Below the pieces are notes generated by a model that saw only the letters and a program-made list of their open reading frames with translations, was not told the origin of the DNA and searched no databases. The position numbers and the translations under genes were made by a program. A DNA stretch of 64,000 bases from an uncultured Eubacteriales bacterium (GTDB taxonomy: Bacteria > Bacillota > Clostridia > Oscillospirales > Acutalibacteraceae): positions 1,446-65,445 of the forward strand of contig CAKSDF010000001.1 of NCBI GenBank assembly GCA_934444695.1, given 5' to 3'. Of the stretch, positions 9,101 through 19,565 are shown piece after piece. Position 1 is the first letter of the stretch, and each line of letters opens with the position of its first letter.

Positions 9101-10627
9101 ATGAACAGTAAAATTTTCAGTGCGGGACTTTTCGGAATAGACGCCTTTCTCGTGGAGGTTGAAAGTTTTGTTGCCGAAGGAGTTCCTAAATTCGACATCG
9201 TCGGTCTTCCCGATGCGGCGGTCAGAGAATCGAGAGACAGGGTACGATCGGCAATCGTTTGCTGCGGATATGAATTTTCGGGAGAGCACGTAACCGTCAA
9301 TCTCGCTCCCGCCGACATAAAAAAATCCGGCGTGCTTTATGACGTGCCGATATTTTTATCCCTGCTTATGCAGACAAATCAGCTTTCGGCAAACACGAAT
9401 GATTATATGTTTGTTGGAGAGCTTTCGCTGTCGGGAGACATACGTCCCGCGGCAGGAGTGCTTCCCATGGTCATAAAGGCTCGGGAGCTTGGATTTAAGG
9501 GAATATTCATTCCCGAGAAAAATGCTCCCGAGGGCGCGGTTGTAGACGGCATCGAGGTTTATCCCGCAAACTACATCGGTCAGATCATTGACCACCTGAG
9601 AGGGGCAAAAAAGATACATCCCGTTAAGCAAACGGATTTTCCCAAAAAACCACCGGTCAAATTCCCCGATTTTTCCGAGGTCTGCGGTCAGGAAGCGGCC
9701 AAAAGAGCACTTGAAGTGGCGGCGGCAGGCGGTCATAACGTACTGCTCATCGGCCCGCCCGGTTCGGGAAAAAGTATGCTTGCAAAGCGGCTGCCGGGAA
9801 TACTTCCCGATATGACCTTTGAGGAATCCATCGAAACCACCAAAATACACTCCATAGCCGGGGTTTTGCCCGACAGCACCGGTCTTATAAGTAATCGTCC
9901 CTTCCGCTCGCCCCACCACAGCGTTTCACCGGTGGCCCTTGCCGGAGGAGGAACCTTTCCGAAGCCCGGTGAGGTATCGCTGGCCCACAACGGCGTTCTT
10001 TTCTTGGATGAGCTGCCGGAATTTACCCGCTCGGCCATGGAGGTGCTCCGCCAGCCTCTTGAGGACGGAAAGGTGGTCATTTCCCGTGCGGCGGCATCCC
10101 TTTCCTACCCTTGTGAGGTAATGCTTGTGGCGGCAATGAATCCCTGTCCCTGCGGCAATTTCGGGCATCCCAAAAAGCGGTGCGTCTGTTCGTCGACGGC
10201 CGTTTCAAAATACCTTAATCGGGTCAGCGGCCCTTTGCTCGACCGCATCGACATACATATCGAGGTCCCGCCGGTGGAATTTGAGGAGCTTTCGGCGGTG
10301 CGCACGGCCGAGCCTTCCTCGGCCATAAAGCAGCGGGTCAACGAGGCAAGAGAAATTCAGCGCAAGCGGTTTAAGGGCTGCGGCATTTCCTGCAACGCAT
10401 CCATAACTCCCGATCTTTTGCCCGAAATCTGCAAAATGACCGACGGCGCACGGGACATTCTCGAAAAGGCCTTTGACCGGCTCGGTCTTTCGGGCAGGGC
10501 ATACGACCGCATTCTCAAGGTTGCCCGCACATCTGCCGATCTTGAGCACAAGGATGTTATCGACAAAAACAACATTATGGAGGCCATCCAGTACCGTTCC
10601 CTCGATCGGAAGTATTGGAACAAATAA
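9101..10627 (+). CDS. comM: YifB/ComM-family Mg-chelatase-like AAA+ ATPase
   Basis: ORF 8993..10627. ATG at 9101 follows GGAGAG. Lon-protease-like N-terminal domain, Walker A GPPGSGKS, and a CPCG zinc-like motif typical of ComM. Confidence 0.85.
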   Translation: MNSKIFSAGLFGIDAFLVEVESFVAEGVPKFDIVGLPDAAVRESRDRVRSAIVCCGYEFSGEHVTVNLAPADIKKSGVLYDVPIFLSLLMQTNQLSANTNDYMFVGELSLSGDIRPAAGVLPMVIKARELGFKGIFIPEKNAPEGAVVDGIEVYPANYIGQIIDHLRGAKKIHPVKQTDFPKKPPVKFPDFSEVCGQEAAKRALEVAAAGGHNVLLIGPPGSGKSMLAKRLPGILPDMTFEESIETTKIHSIAGVLPDSTGLISNRPFRSPHHSVSPVALAGGGTFPKPGEVSLAHNGVLFLDELPEFTRSAMEVLRQPLEDGKVVISRAAASLSYPCEVMLVAAMNPCPCGNFGHPKKRCVCSSTAVSKYLNRVSGPLLDRIDIHIEVPPVEFEELSAVRTAEPSSAIKQRVNEAREIQRKRFKGCGISCNASITPDLLPEICKMTDGARDILEKAFDRLGLSGRAYDRILKVARTSADLEHKDVIDKNNIMEAIQYRSLDRKYWNK

Positions 10628-10733
10628 GCCTTTGATAAATTTAGCCCTTATCTTTTTTTAGCATTGCTGTCTTAACGGCGAGCTGCTTTTTGAGGATGTG
10701 GGCTTTTGTTTTGTTAAGCAACGACTTTAGGGA

Positions 10734-10874
10734 GCTGAGGCATTCTCGGCAAAGCCGAGACCGGAGGGAGCGATTTCACGCAATCCTGCCGACAAAGGTA
10801 AGATCGTTTTTTTTAGGTGCATCTTTGTTTTCATCAAAGCCTCCCTCCGATCAGCGCAAGCTGATTGCTTCAGC
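10734..10874 (-). repeat. Four-helix interspersed repeat, copy C (canonical module order on the minus strand)
   Basis: Plus strand reads GCTGAGGCA / TTCTCGGCAAAGCCGAGA / CCGGAGGGAG ... CCTCCCTCCG / ATCAGCGCAAGCTGAT / TGCTTCAGC. Confidence 0.75.
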
Positions 10875-11112
10875 GGCGGGACGGCACACCGCAGCGGCAC
10901 CGTATTTGTAAAGCGGCAATGCAGGCTTAACACATTTTTAACAATAAAGGGCGATAATTATTATTGTTGTTTAATGATAACTTTTGTGTTACAATACTCT
11001 TGTATCGCATCAACCGGGCAAACGATCTGCGGCGGTTCTCTAAATTAACCTTTCTGCCGCGCGGTTGCTCCGCTATATGCTTTTCACAAGCTTTACCGAA
11101 AGGATGATTTCA

Positions 11113-12030
11113 ATGCCCATAAGAATACAGGACGAGCTGCCGGCCGCAAAAACTCTGCACGACGAAAATATATTTGTTATGACCGAGCACCGGGCCTCTC
11201 ATCAGGACATACGTCCATTAAAGATCATCCTGCTCAATCTTATGCCCACCAAGATAACCACCGAGACTCAGATACTGCGCCTGCTCAGTAATTCTCCCCT
11301 GCAGGTTGATGTTGAGCTTCTCCAAACGGTCACCCACAAGGCCAAAAATGTCAGCGCCGAGCATCTTTTTAAATTCTACAAAACCTTCGACGAAATTAAA
11401 AACAACCGCTACGACGGTATGATAATAACCGGTGCGCCTGTGGAGCTTATGAAATTTGAGCATGTGGATTACTGGGACGAGCTTTGCGAAATTATGGACT
11501 GGGCCAAGAAAAACGTCTATTCCACAATGTTTATCTGCTGGGGCGCTCAGGCCGGTCTTTATCACTATTACGGCATAAAAAAACACATTCTCGACAAAAA
11601 GCTTTGCGGCGTTTTTTCCCACGAGATTCTGCTTCCCAGTCACCCTCTCATCAGGGGATTTGACGATTGTTATTTTGCTCCCCATTCCCGCTATACCGGC
11701 GTGGATATCCGGGAGGTGGAGGCAATTCCCGACCTTGACATTATCGGCGTTTCCAAGGAGGCGGGAGTGCACATTGTGGCAAATCGCGACTGCCGCAGAT
11801 TTTTCATTTCCGGCCATTCGGAATATGACCGGGGCACCCTTGCGGGGGAATATGAGCGGGACCTTAAAAAGGGCATAAATCCCGATCTGCCGAAATATTA
11901 TTTCCCCGAAAACGATCCCGACCGCCTGCCCCTTATGAACTGGCGGGCGCACGCCAACCTGCTTTTCTCCAACTGGCTCAACTACTTTGTCTATCAGCGC
12001 ACACCCTATGACCTTGAGGAGCTGGATTAA
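11113..12030 (+). CDS. metA: Homoserine O-acyltransferase (MetA family)
   Basis: ORF 11065..12030. ATG at 11113 ([11 protein letters not shown]...). [16 protein letters not shown] and FICWGAQA motifs are characteristic of MetA. Confidence 0.85.
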   Translation: MPIRIQDELPAAKTLHDENIFVMTEHRASHQDIRPLKIILLNLMPTKITTETQILRLLSNSPLQVDVELLQTVTHKAKNVSAEHLFKFYKTFDEIKNNRYDGMIITGAPVELMKFEHVDYWDELCEIMDWAKKNVYSTMFICWGAQAGLYHYYGIKKHILDKKLCGVFSHEILLPSHPLIRGFDDCYFAPHSRYTGVDIREVEAIPDLDIIGVSKEAGVHIVANRDCRRFFISGHSEYDRGTLAGEYERDLKKGINPDLPKYYFPENDPDRLPLMNWRAHANLLFSNWLNYFVYQRTPYDLEELD

Positions 12031-12274
12031 GTATGTCGGCGCAACGGCCAATCGGCCGATTTGCGGCTTTAATAATCAACAAAAGCGTTACACCCGATTT
12101 ATATATTGTTAACAAAATGACATTATAATAAAATAAATTATTGTAAATAAAACATCACATCTGCGCCATAAGGGGCCGCTAAGGGAACAGGGCTTCTTTG
12201 GGCAGCCTTTTGCGGTGCAGGCATCCGGTTTGGTGCTGTTTTTAAATAAAAAAATTTTAAAAGAGGCGAGAAAA

Positions 12275-12958
12275 ATGTCGGTTAAGGTTCTTATTGTTGA
12301 CGACGATATTAATATTTGCGAGCTGCTGAGGCTCTATCTTGAAAAAGAGGGATATTCCACCGTCATTGCAAACGACGGCGAGGAGGCGGTTGAAGCCTTT
12401 AAAAACAATTCTCCCGACATCATTCTTCTTGATGTTATGCTGCCAAAACTCGACGGTTGGCAGGTCTGCCGCGAGATCAGAAAGACCTCCCAGGTGCCCA
12501 TCATAATGCTGACCGCAAAGGGCGAGACCTTCGACAAGGTTTTCGGACTGGAGCTTGGAGCCGACGATTATGTCACAAAGCCCTTTGAATCAAAAGAGGT
12601 TGTGGCGCGAATCAAGGCAGTTATGCGCCGCGGCGTTAAAGCCCCCGAAAACACCGACAAGGTGGTCAAATACGACAAGCTTGTCATCAATCTCACAAAC
12701 TACGAGCTGTGGGTCGACGGAAAGCAGATCGACACTCCGCCCAAAGAGCTTGAGCTTATATATCATCTGGCCTCCAATCCCAACCGGGTATTTACCAGAG
12801 ATCAGCTGCTGGACGAGGTGTGGAGCTTCGACTATTACGGCGATTCCCGTACGGTCGACGTGCACGTCAAGCGGCTTCGCGAAAAGCTCGAGGGCGTTTC
12901 GGACAAATGGTCGCTCAAGACGGTTTGGGGCGTCGGATACAAGTTTGAAGTGAGATAA
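12275..12958 (+). CDS. OmpR-family response regulator
   Basis: ATG at 12275 (MSVKVLIVDDD). Receiver domain with DVMLPKLDG; winged-helix C-terminus (RTVDVHVKRLREKL). Confidence 0.85.
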   Translation: MSVKVLIVDDDINICELLRLYLEKEGYSTVIANDGEEAVEAFKNNSPDIILLDVMLPKLDGWQVCREIRKTSQVPIIMLTAKGETFDKVFGLELGADDYVTKPFESKEVVARIKAVMRRGVKAPENTDKVVKYDKLVINLTNYELWVDGKQIDTPPKELELIYHLASNPNRVFTRDQLLDEVWSFDYYGDSRTVDVHVKRLREKLEGVSDKWSLKTVWGVGYKFEVR

Positions 12959-12964
12959 AGCTTT

Positions 12965-14407
12965 ATGAAAAAGAGCTTTTTCAAGAAATTTTTTATAACC
13001 TACACATCGGTCATCGTGGTGGCCATTGTGGTGCTGGGATGCATCATCTATTCCTTCACCGGAAGCTATTGGCTTCGCACTAAGCGCTCGGCCCTTGCAG
13101 CCGAGGCAGGCGCCATTGCCACTCAGGCGGGTGCTCTTGGCGGAAACCTGCGGTACACCGTGCAGATAACCGAGATAGTCACAAGCGCCACCGAAAGCTG
13201 CGTGCTTGTCATAGTCGACGACGGCACCATCGCCATTTCCGATCCCCAGCGGGTCAACACCGAAATCACTACCGTTTCGGCCGACATCACAAAGGTGGCT
13301 TTGACCGAGGAATACTCCTCCATCGGCGACCTCGACGGGGTGCTTAAGGAACGCAGCGTCATTGTTTCCGCTCCCATAACTGTGGGGGGAGAAACGGCCG
13401 GCGCGGTTTTCAGTTTTATTCCCTATGCGGGACTGGGCGCCTTTCTTTCAAATATTCTTAAAATCTTTATTTTATCGGCTCTTTGCGTGCTGGCTATAAT
13501 TTTGCTGGTCACATATATGCTGGCCGTAAATATGGTCAGACCCTTGCGGGATATGGCCGATGCGGCACGGAGAATGAGTAAGGGCGACTTTTCCAAATAC
13601 ATCAGGGTCGACCGGGAGGATGAGCTCGGAGAGCTGGCGGTTGCCTTCAACAATATGACCCACTCGCTTTCGGTCAGCGAACAGCAGCACAGAGGCTTCG
13701 TGGCCAACGTTTCCCACGAGCTTAAAACCCCCATGACCACCATTTCCGGCTTTATCGACGGAATACTCGACGGCACCATCTCAAAGGATCGGCAAAAGGA
13801 ATATCTGCAGATCGTTTCGGACGAGGTCAAGCGGCTTTCCCGCCTTGTCACATCCATGCTAAACCTTTCAAAGCTTGAGGCAGGGGAGATAGAGATCAAA
13901 AAGCAGACGGTAAACCTTTCCCGCACCGTGCTCAGCGCCGCCATACAGCTGGAAAATCAGATATTCTCAAAAGATATCACCTTAGAGGGGCTGGACAGTC
14001 TTTCGCCCATGGCCGTAACGGCCGACAGGGACCTTATGTATCAGGTCATTTTCAATCTTTTTGACAATGCCATTAAATACACCCCCGCCGGCGGCACCAT
14101 TACCGTTAAGGACGAGCTGGACAAGGACGGTATGGTCTGCTTTTCCATAACAAATACCGGAGAAGGCATCCCCGAAAAGGATCTTCCTTATATTTTCGAC
14201 AGGTTTTATAAGGTCGATAAATCCCGCGGCGCCGACAACAAGGGCACGGGACTGGGCCTTTATCTTGTCAGAACCATTCTTTCGATGCTCGACGGGCAGA
14301 TAACCGTCAAGAGCAAAGAGGGAGAATATTGCGAATTTATAATATCCATGAAGGGCGGCCCATTACCCGAAACCAACATTTCAACGGAGGAACAGAACAA
14401 TGGATGA
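12965..14407 (+). CDS. Sensor histidine kinase (2 TM, HAMP, HisKA, HATPase_c)
   Basis: H-box FVANVSHELKTPMT, N-box FDNAIKYTP, G-boxes GTGLGL. Lies 6 nt downstream of the response regulator. Confidence 0.85.
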   Translation: MKKSFFKKFFITYTSVIVVAIVVLGCIIYSFTGSYWLRTKRSALAAEAGAIATQAGALGGNLRYTVQITEIVTSATESCVLVIVDDGTIAISDPQRVNTEITTVSADITKVALTEEYSSIGDLDGVLKERSVIVSAPITVGGETAGAVFSFIPYAGLGAFLSNILKIFILSALCVLAIILLVTYMLAVNMVRPLRDMADAARRMSKGDFSKYIRVDREDELGELAVAFNNMTHSLSVSEQQHRGFVANVSHELKTPMTTISGFIDGILDGTISKDRQKEYLQIVSDEVKRLSRLVTSMLNLSKLEAGEIEIKKQTVNLSRTVLSAAIQLENQIFSKDITLEGLDSLSPMAVTADRDLMYQVIFNLFDNAIKYTPAGGTITVKDELDKDGMVCFSITNTGEGIPEKDLPYIFDRFYKVDKSRGADNKGTGLGLYLVRTILSMLDGQITVKSKEGEYCEFIISMKGGPLPETNISTEEQNNG

Positions 14408-16424
14408 GCTTGATAAGACTTCCGCACAAAGCGAAGATACGGCCGGACAAAAAGCATCCGACATCACAGATTTCCCCGACAATACAAATTCCATAAACGA
14501 TGCATATGCCGATGATGCTGCCGACGGCGCAGCCGATACCGCCAATGCAGCTACCGCAAGCAATGCAATTGATGCAGGCAATGCGATTGCTGACGACAGC
14601 GCAGTTACCGACAACGATGCAATTACAGCCACCGGTGCAGTTACAGGCAACGATGCAGTTGCCGGCAGCACGGAAACTGAAAACACGTTTACCGCTCATC
14701 AAACGAGCGGCGCGGAAAACGTCACTGCTGAAAATTTCACCGAGAACGCCGCGGAAAACGGCCAAAGCGCACAGCCGGCCTACCAACAAAACGTGCAAAA
14801 CACCTACCAAGATGCAGCTTATGCACAAAGCGCAAACCTTAGCGGTCAGGGTGTAAACGGACAGGGTGCGGCTCATGGTATGCCCGGCGGCCCGGCGCCT
14901 TGCGGCCAATATACGCCGCCCCGCCATCCCTACGGCGTTCCGCCCTACGGGCAGGGATACGGCGCACCCTACGGTCAGTACGGCAACCGTCCGTACAACG
15001 GATATTACCACACTCCTCCCGTACCCCCTGTATACGGTTACGACCCGGTTCAGGGACAGCAGCCGCAGGGTCAGGGACAGCCATACGGCGGTCAGAACGG
15101 TCAGCATCCTCAGGGTCAGGGATACGGTGCGCCATACGGTCAGCCTTCCGTTAATCCCTATTATCAAAACGCTGCAAACGGGGCAAATTCTTCCGCTCCC
15201 GCAAAGAACGCACAAAAGCCTCCCAAAAAACGTATGAGCAAGGGACTTATTGCCTTTATATGCGTGGCCTGCTGCGTTGCGGTGGGCGTTATCGGCCTTT
15301 CGATCGGAATACTTGCCGGAAAGGCTCTTGGCAACATCGATTTTGACGACAACACCTTTAACATTATAGAGGACGGAAGCGGCTCGGGATCTCCCTCCGA
15401 TTTCGACCTTAACACCGAAGGGGCCACCGACCGCACCATGACCTATGAGCAGGTCATTTCCTCGGTTTCGGACAGCGTGGTCAGCATCACCGTTTACAGC
15501 TCTTCAGGATCGGCCGGCGCCATTGCCTCGGGCATTATTATGGACAAGGACGGATACATCCTCACCAACGACCACATCTATTCCGATGTGCCTAACGCCT
15601 CCTTCCTCATAACCCTCAGTTCGGGCACGGAGTTTAAGGCGTCCTTTGTTTCGGGAGACAAGAAAAGCGACCTTGCCATTCTTAAAATAGACAATCCATC
15701 GGGTCTTTCTCCCGCCACCTTTGCCACCGAATCGGTCAAAACCGGAGAAGAGGTGCTTGCAATCGGCGCATCGGCGGGACTTGACGGAAGCGTTACACAG
15801 GGTATCGTATCGGCCGTCGACCGCAGGGTGTCAAACGGCACATCCTCAGAAAAATTCATCCAGACCACGGCCGCCATCAATCCCGGCACATCGGGCGGAG
15901 CGCTTGTCAATATGAGCGGGCAGGTGGTCGGAATATGCTCGTCCAAATATGCCAGCACCGACATCGACAATGTCTGCTTTGCCATTCCCACCACCCGTGC
16001 TTTAGGGGTCATCGACCAGCTTAAAACCTACGGAAAGGTGACCAATCGGGCGCGGCTCGGTATTACCTACACCTATGTCAACACGGTGGCCGCCGAGCTT
16101 AAAAACGTGCCTACCGGCCTGCTTGTCAACAGCATCGACTCCGACAGCACACTTAAAAACTCCGGCATCAGCAAAAACGACATAATCACCCAGGTTGACG
16201 ACACCGATATTGTGTCGGCCGACCAGGTGCTCGACATTGTTGAAAAGGCGCAGATCGGCGATCAGGTCAAGCTGACCGTTTACAGCAGCGAGACCGGCGC
16301 ATATTTCACCGTCACCGGAAGCTATATACAGTCGGATTCCCAGTCGAGCTATACCACCGAGGATGATACCACCTCTTACAACACACAAAATCCCTATGAC
16401 TTTTTCGAGGATTACGGGAAATAA
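14400..16424 (+). CDS. htrA: HtrA/DegP-family serine protease (trypsin-like domain + PDZ) with a ~280-aa low-complexity N-terminal region and one TM
   Basis: Catalytic-serine motif NPGTSGGALVN and HIYSD/DLAIL catalytic-triad context, with a C-terminal PDZ-like region. Overlaps the HK stop by 8 nt. Confidence 0.8.
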   Translation: MDELDKTSAQSEDTAGQKASDITDFPDNTNSINDAYADDAADGAADTANAATASNAIDAGNAIADDSAVTDNDAITATGAVTGNDAVAGSTETENTFTAHQTSGAENVTAENFTENAAENGQSAQPAYQQNVQNTYQDAAYAQSANLSGQGVNGQGAAHGMPGGPAPCGQYTPPRHPYGVPPYGQGYGAPYGQYGNRPYNGYYHTPPVPPVYGYDPVQGQQPQGQGQPYGGQNGQHPQGQGYGAPYGQPSVNPYYQNAANGANSSAPAKNAQKPPKKRMSKGLIAFICVACCVAVGVIGLSIGILAGKALGNIDFDDNTFNIIEDGSGSGSPSDFDLNTEGATDRTMTYEQVISSVSDSVVSITVYSSSGSAGAIASGIIMDKDGYILTNDHIYSDVPNASFLITLSSGTEFKASFVSGDKKSDLAILKIDNPSGLSPATFATESVKTGEEVLAIGASAGLDGSVTQGIVSAVDRRVSNGTSSEKFIQTTAAINPGTSGGALVNMSGQVVGICSSKYASTDIDNVCFAIPTTRALGVIDQLKTYGKVTNRARLGITYTYVNTVAAELKNVPTGLLVNSIDSDSTLKNSGISKNDIITQVDDTDIVSADQVLDIVEKAQIGDQVKLTVYSSETGAYFTVTGSYIQSDSQSSYTTEDDTTSYNTQNPYDFFEDYGK

Positions 16425-16473
16425 TAAACGGAGCGAAGGAAAATTTCCCCGCGTCCGTCAGCATCGCTTTTAT

Positions 16474-16507
16474 GGGCACGGAAGGCTTTTCCGTGCCCTT
16501 TTTATTT
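16474..16507 (+). terminator. Rho-independent terminator after htrA
   Basis: GGGCACGG aaggcttt CCGTGCCC followed by TTTTTATTT. Confidence 0.8.
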
Positions 16508-16651
16508 GCGGGGATCGGAGAACGCAGCTGAGGCGGAGTTATAATTTTTAATTATATGCATTGACGACCGAGGGGTAGCAGTGATAACAAAGCTTTTATT
16601 AGAGAAGATAGTATTATCATATCACAATCGGTTCTTTGACCGTCAGGATCG

Positions 16652-17085
16652 GTGCACCGCAATGACTGATATGGCACGGCTGAGGCCGCAGGGGGCACTG
16701 AGGTGTCAGCGCAAGCTGACCGGAGGGCGGGCCATCGGAAAACGCAAGGGTATAATCAGAGAAAACAGCGAGGTTTTTGTTGGCACGGCTGCGGTGTGAT
16801 GCGCCCTCCGTATTCTCGGCAGGGCCGAGAATACCTCAGTGCCCCTGCGGCCGGCGTTGTGTGCACCTTTAGCCTTGTGCACGGCTGCGGGTATGCTTTT
16901 GCTTTGTGCAATAACAGAAGGATTATGGTGTGGGAAGGCTTGCGGATGAGTGTTCGTTGACGGTAGAATTTTCATTACAAGAAGTCTTACTACCCCTCAG
17001 TCTCGGCGGTGCCGATCCTGCTCCGATGCCTTGGGGCGCCACGAGCTTAGTGTAAGTTTTTAGCTTTGTGCGTTGACGAAAGCTG
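16652..17085 (+). repeat. Extended (~435 bp) repeat unit containing four-helix repeat copy D (core 16684-16852)
   Basis: Core: GGCCGCAGGGGGCAC TGAGGT / GTCAGCGCAAGCTGAC / CGGAGGGCG ... CGCCCTCCG / TATTCTCGGCAGGGCCGAGAATA / ACCTCA GTGCCCCTGCGGCC. The whole 16652-17085 segment aligns with 25036-25477. Confidence 0.8.
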
Positions 17086-17262
17086 TTTATTGCTATTTGT
17101 GAAATGCTTTTAGTGCGGTTACGGGAAAGGCTTTTCTACGATTTTTTTGTCGGGATTTTTGCCCGCAAATGCCCTTTCTTTTTTCTTTTTTAACATATTA
17201 AGCAGATTTTTTTACATCTGCAAAATTTCTGCATTTTTGACGATTTTTTTGCCCGTAAGCCA

Positions 17263-17291
17263 TTGACAAAAATCCCCTGTCAGTTTATAAT
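17263..17291 (+). promoter_or_regulatory. Consensus housekeeping-sigma promoter upstream of deoR
   Basis: TTGACA (17263-17268), 17-nt spacer, TATAAT (17286-17291). Lies 44 nt upstream of the deoR GTG. Confidence 0.6.
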
Positions 17292-17334
17292 TAACACATA
17301 AGTGTGATTTTGTAACAAAAACTAACAAACAGAG

Positions 17335-18105
17335 GTGAAAGCATTGAGCATTGCCCGAAGAGAAAAAGTCCTTGAGCTGCTCCGTGAAGAGGGAACGGTT
17401 TTTCTTAAAGATCTTGAGAAGCGTTTTCCCGAGGTCTCCAGTATGACACTGCGCCGCGATCTTGAATACTTTGAAAATCTCGGCCAGGCGGTCAGAATAC
17501 GGGGCGGAGCAAAATACCTTCGCACGCTCAGCGAACAGGAGGATGTCTACGCTCTGCGCGCTGCAAAAAACCAGGAAGCAAAAAGCAAAATCTCTAAGCT
17601 TGCCGCTCGTTTTATCGAGCCTCGCCGCTCGGTCTACATCGATGCCGGCTCTACCGGAATGTTCTTGGCAAGAAATCTGCCCGATCTTAACTTCTCGGTG
17701 GTCACATCGGGAATCAACGTGGCCATGGAGCTTTCCAAAAGATATAAACCCTCGGTAACGGTCATAGGCGGGCTTATCAACCGCAGCAATCTGGCCGCTT
17801 CAGGCAACCGTTCGGAATCCCAGATCGATCAGCTCAACATCGATACCGCCCTTGTGGTCAGTTCGGCATTTTCGGTCAAAAACGGATTTACCGTCGGAAA
17901 TTACGATGAAGGGGTGCTTAAAAGAAGCATAATAGAAAAGGCCGAAAAGGTCATTATGCTGCTGGACGGCACAAAGTTCGGAAAAACCATGCCCTTCACC
18001 TTCGCCCATATGGAGGACATCGACATCATCATTACCGACAAGCGTCCTTCGGACGAGATTATGGAGCTTTGCGAAAAATCGCAGGTTAAGGTAATTTATG
18101 AATGA
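17335..18105 (+). CDS. DeoR-family transcriptional regulator
   Basis: 256 aa. N-terminal HTH (VFLKDLEKRFPEVSSMTLRRDLEYFE) and a C-terminal DeoR sugar-phosphate-binding-like domain. Confidence 0.85.
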   Translation: MKALSIARREKVLELLREEGTVFLKDLEKRFPEVSSMTLRRDLEYFENLGQAVRIRGGAKYLRTLSEQEDVYALRAAKNQEAKSKISKLAARFIEPRRSVYIDAGSTGMFLARNLPDLNFSVVTSGINVAMELSKRYKPSVTVIGGLINRSNLAASGNRSESQIDQLNIDTALVVSSAFSVKNGFTVGNYDEGVLKRSIIEKAEKVIMLLDGTKFGKTMPFTFAHMEDIDIIITDKRPSDEIMELCEKSQVKVIYE

Positions 18106-18207
18106 TTAAATCCGGCTGTTTAAGGTTTTTGCCTGACGGCGGATTTACCTTGCTTTCATAAAAAACCTTGATATAAATTTTTAAATCTATTTTAGGAGGA
18201 AATATAA

Positions 18208-19551
18208 ATGGCAACACCTGTAATGATGCCCAATGTAGGTATTTCAGTCGAAAGCTGTATCCTTACCGAGTGGCACAAGAAAAAGGGCGACGCTGTAAAA
18301 AAAGGCGATGTTCTTTTTACCTATGAGACCGACAAATCGACCCTTGAAGAAGAGTCTCCGGTTGACGGTATCATGCTTGAACAGTTCTTTAAAGAGGACG
18401 ACGACATTCCCACAATGACCAACGTTTGCGTTATCGGCGAAGAGGGCGAAAGCACTGCCGAGTTTGCACCAAAGCTTGAAGGCGACGATGCTCCCGCAGA
18501 AGCCCCCGCAGAGGCTCCCGCTGCTGCTCCTGCCGCAGAGGCCGCTCCCGCCGTTCCCACCGCTGCCGCTCCTGCCGCTGCCGGTGAATTTATCAAAATT
18601 TCTCCCCGCGCAAAGGCTCTTGCCGAAAAGACCGGCATTGATCCTCATTTCGCCGCTCCTACCGGTCCTAACGGCCGTATAATCGAGCGCGACGTGCGCA
18701 CCCTCATAGAAAACGGACCTACCGCCACCTATGCCGCCGCAGGCGAGTTTGCCGGCGCAGCAGGTACAGGTCTTGGCGGAAAATTCTCGGTTGCCGATAT
18801 CGGCGCAGCTCCCGCAGCCGCTGCCGCAGCACCCGCAGCTGCCGGTCCCGAGTATGTTGACGAGAAGATGCCCAACATCCGCAAGGCCATTGCCAAGCAG
18901 ATGACATCCTCCCTTTCCACTGCCGCTCAGCTTACCCACACCACCTCCTTCGATGCCACCGAGATTATGGCATTCCGCAAGAAGGTTAAGGCAAACGGCG
19001 AAAAACTGGGTCTTGCCAACATCACCCTTAACGACATCATTCTCTTTGCGGTATCCCGCGTTCTCGCAAAGCCCGAGCATAAGGCTCTTAACGCCCACCT
19101 CATTAACGGCGACACCATGAGATACTTCAACGGTGTTCATCTGGGCGTTGCGGTCGACACCGACAGAGGTCTTGTCGTTCCTACCATTAAAAATGCACAG
19201 AATATGAGCCTTAACGAGATTTCGGCCAAGGCAAAAGAGCTTGCAACCACCTGCAAGAATGGCGGCGCAACTCCCGATATGCTTTCCGGCGCATCCTTCA
19301 CCATCTCCAATCTCGGCTCCTACGGTATCGAGAGCTTTACTCCCGTTATCAACACTCCCCAAACCGGTATTCTCGGTGTTGACACCATCACCACCCGCAT
19401 CCGCGAGGTAGACGGCGAGATCAAGACCTATCCGGCAATGGGACTGTCCCTGACCTACGACCACCGCGCAGTGGACGGAAGCCCCGCTTCCAGATTCCTT
19501 GTTGACCTGAGAAACGCTCTTGAGAACTTTTCTCTCCTGCTTTCCAAATAA
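18208..19551 (+). CDS. Dihydrolipoamide acyltransferase (E2 of a 2-oxoacid/acetoin dehydrogenase complex)
   Basis: Lipoyl domain with ETDKS, Ala/Pro linkers, an E3-binding domain (ISPRAKALAEKTGID) and a catalytic DHRAVDG motif. Confidence 0.9.
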   Translation: MATPVMMPNVGISVESCILTEWHKKKGDAVKKGDVLFTYETDKSTLEEESPVDGIMLEQFFKEDDDIPTMTNVCVIGEEGESTAEFAPKLEGDDAPAEAPAEAPAAAPAAEAAPAVPTAAAPAAAGEFIKISPRAKALAEKTGIDPHFAAPTGPNGRIIERDVRTLIENGPTATYAAAGEFAGAAGTGLGGKFSVADIGAAPAAAAAAPAAAGPEYVDEKMPNIRKAIAKQMTSSLSTAAQLTHTTSFDATEIMAFRKKVKANGEKLGLANITLNDIILFAVSRVLAKPEHKALNAHLINGDTMRYFNGVHLGVAVDTDRGLVVPTIKNAQNMSLNEISAKAKELATTCKNGGATPDMLSGASFTISNLGSYGIESFTPVINTPQTGILGVDTITTRIREVDGEIKTYPAMGLSLTYDHRAVDGSPASRFLVDLRNALENFSLLLSK

Positions 19552-19565
19552 GGAGGAAAATTAAA

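Noticed and set aside
10930-11112. Expected SAM riboswitch or T-box leader upstream of metA.
   Set aside because: The leader has a plausible extended -10 (TGTTACAAT) and some hairpins. I could not recognise the SAM-I core or a T-box specifier and T-box sequence, so it is left unannotated.
14337-15215. 292-aa antisense ORF and several overlapping sense-strand ORFs across the 5' part of htrA.
   Set aside because: They are artefacts of the low-complexity, repeat-rich DNA that encodes the disordered HtrA N-terminal region.
16703-16960. ORFs running through repeat copies D (16703..16960) and E (24973..25248) that give similar peptides (SAQADRRAG..GFCWHGCGVMRPPYSRQ..).
   Set aside because: The similarity is a consequence of the DNA repeat. 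Codon by codon, the two copies differ by 3 synonymous versus about 10 non-synonymous or nonsense changes, so there is no purifying selection. The reading frame also coincides with the conserved stem sequences.
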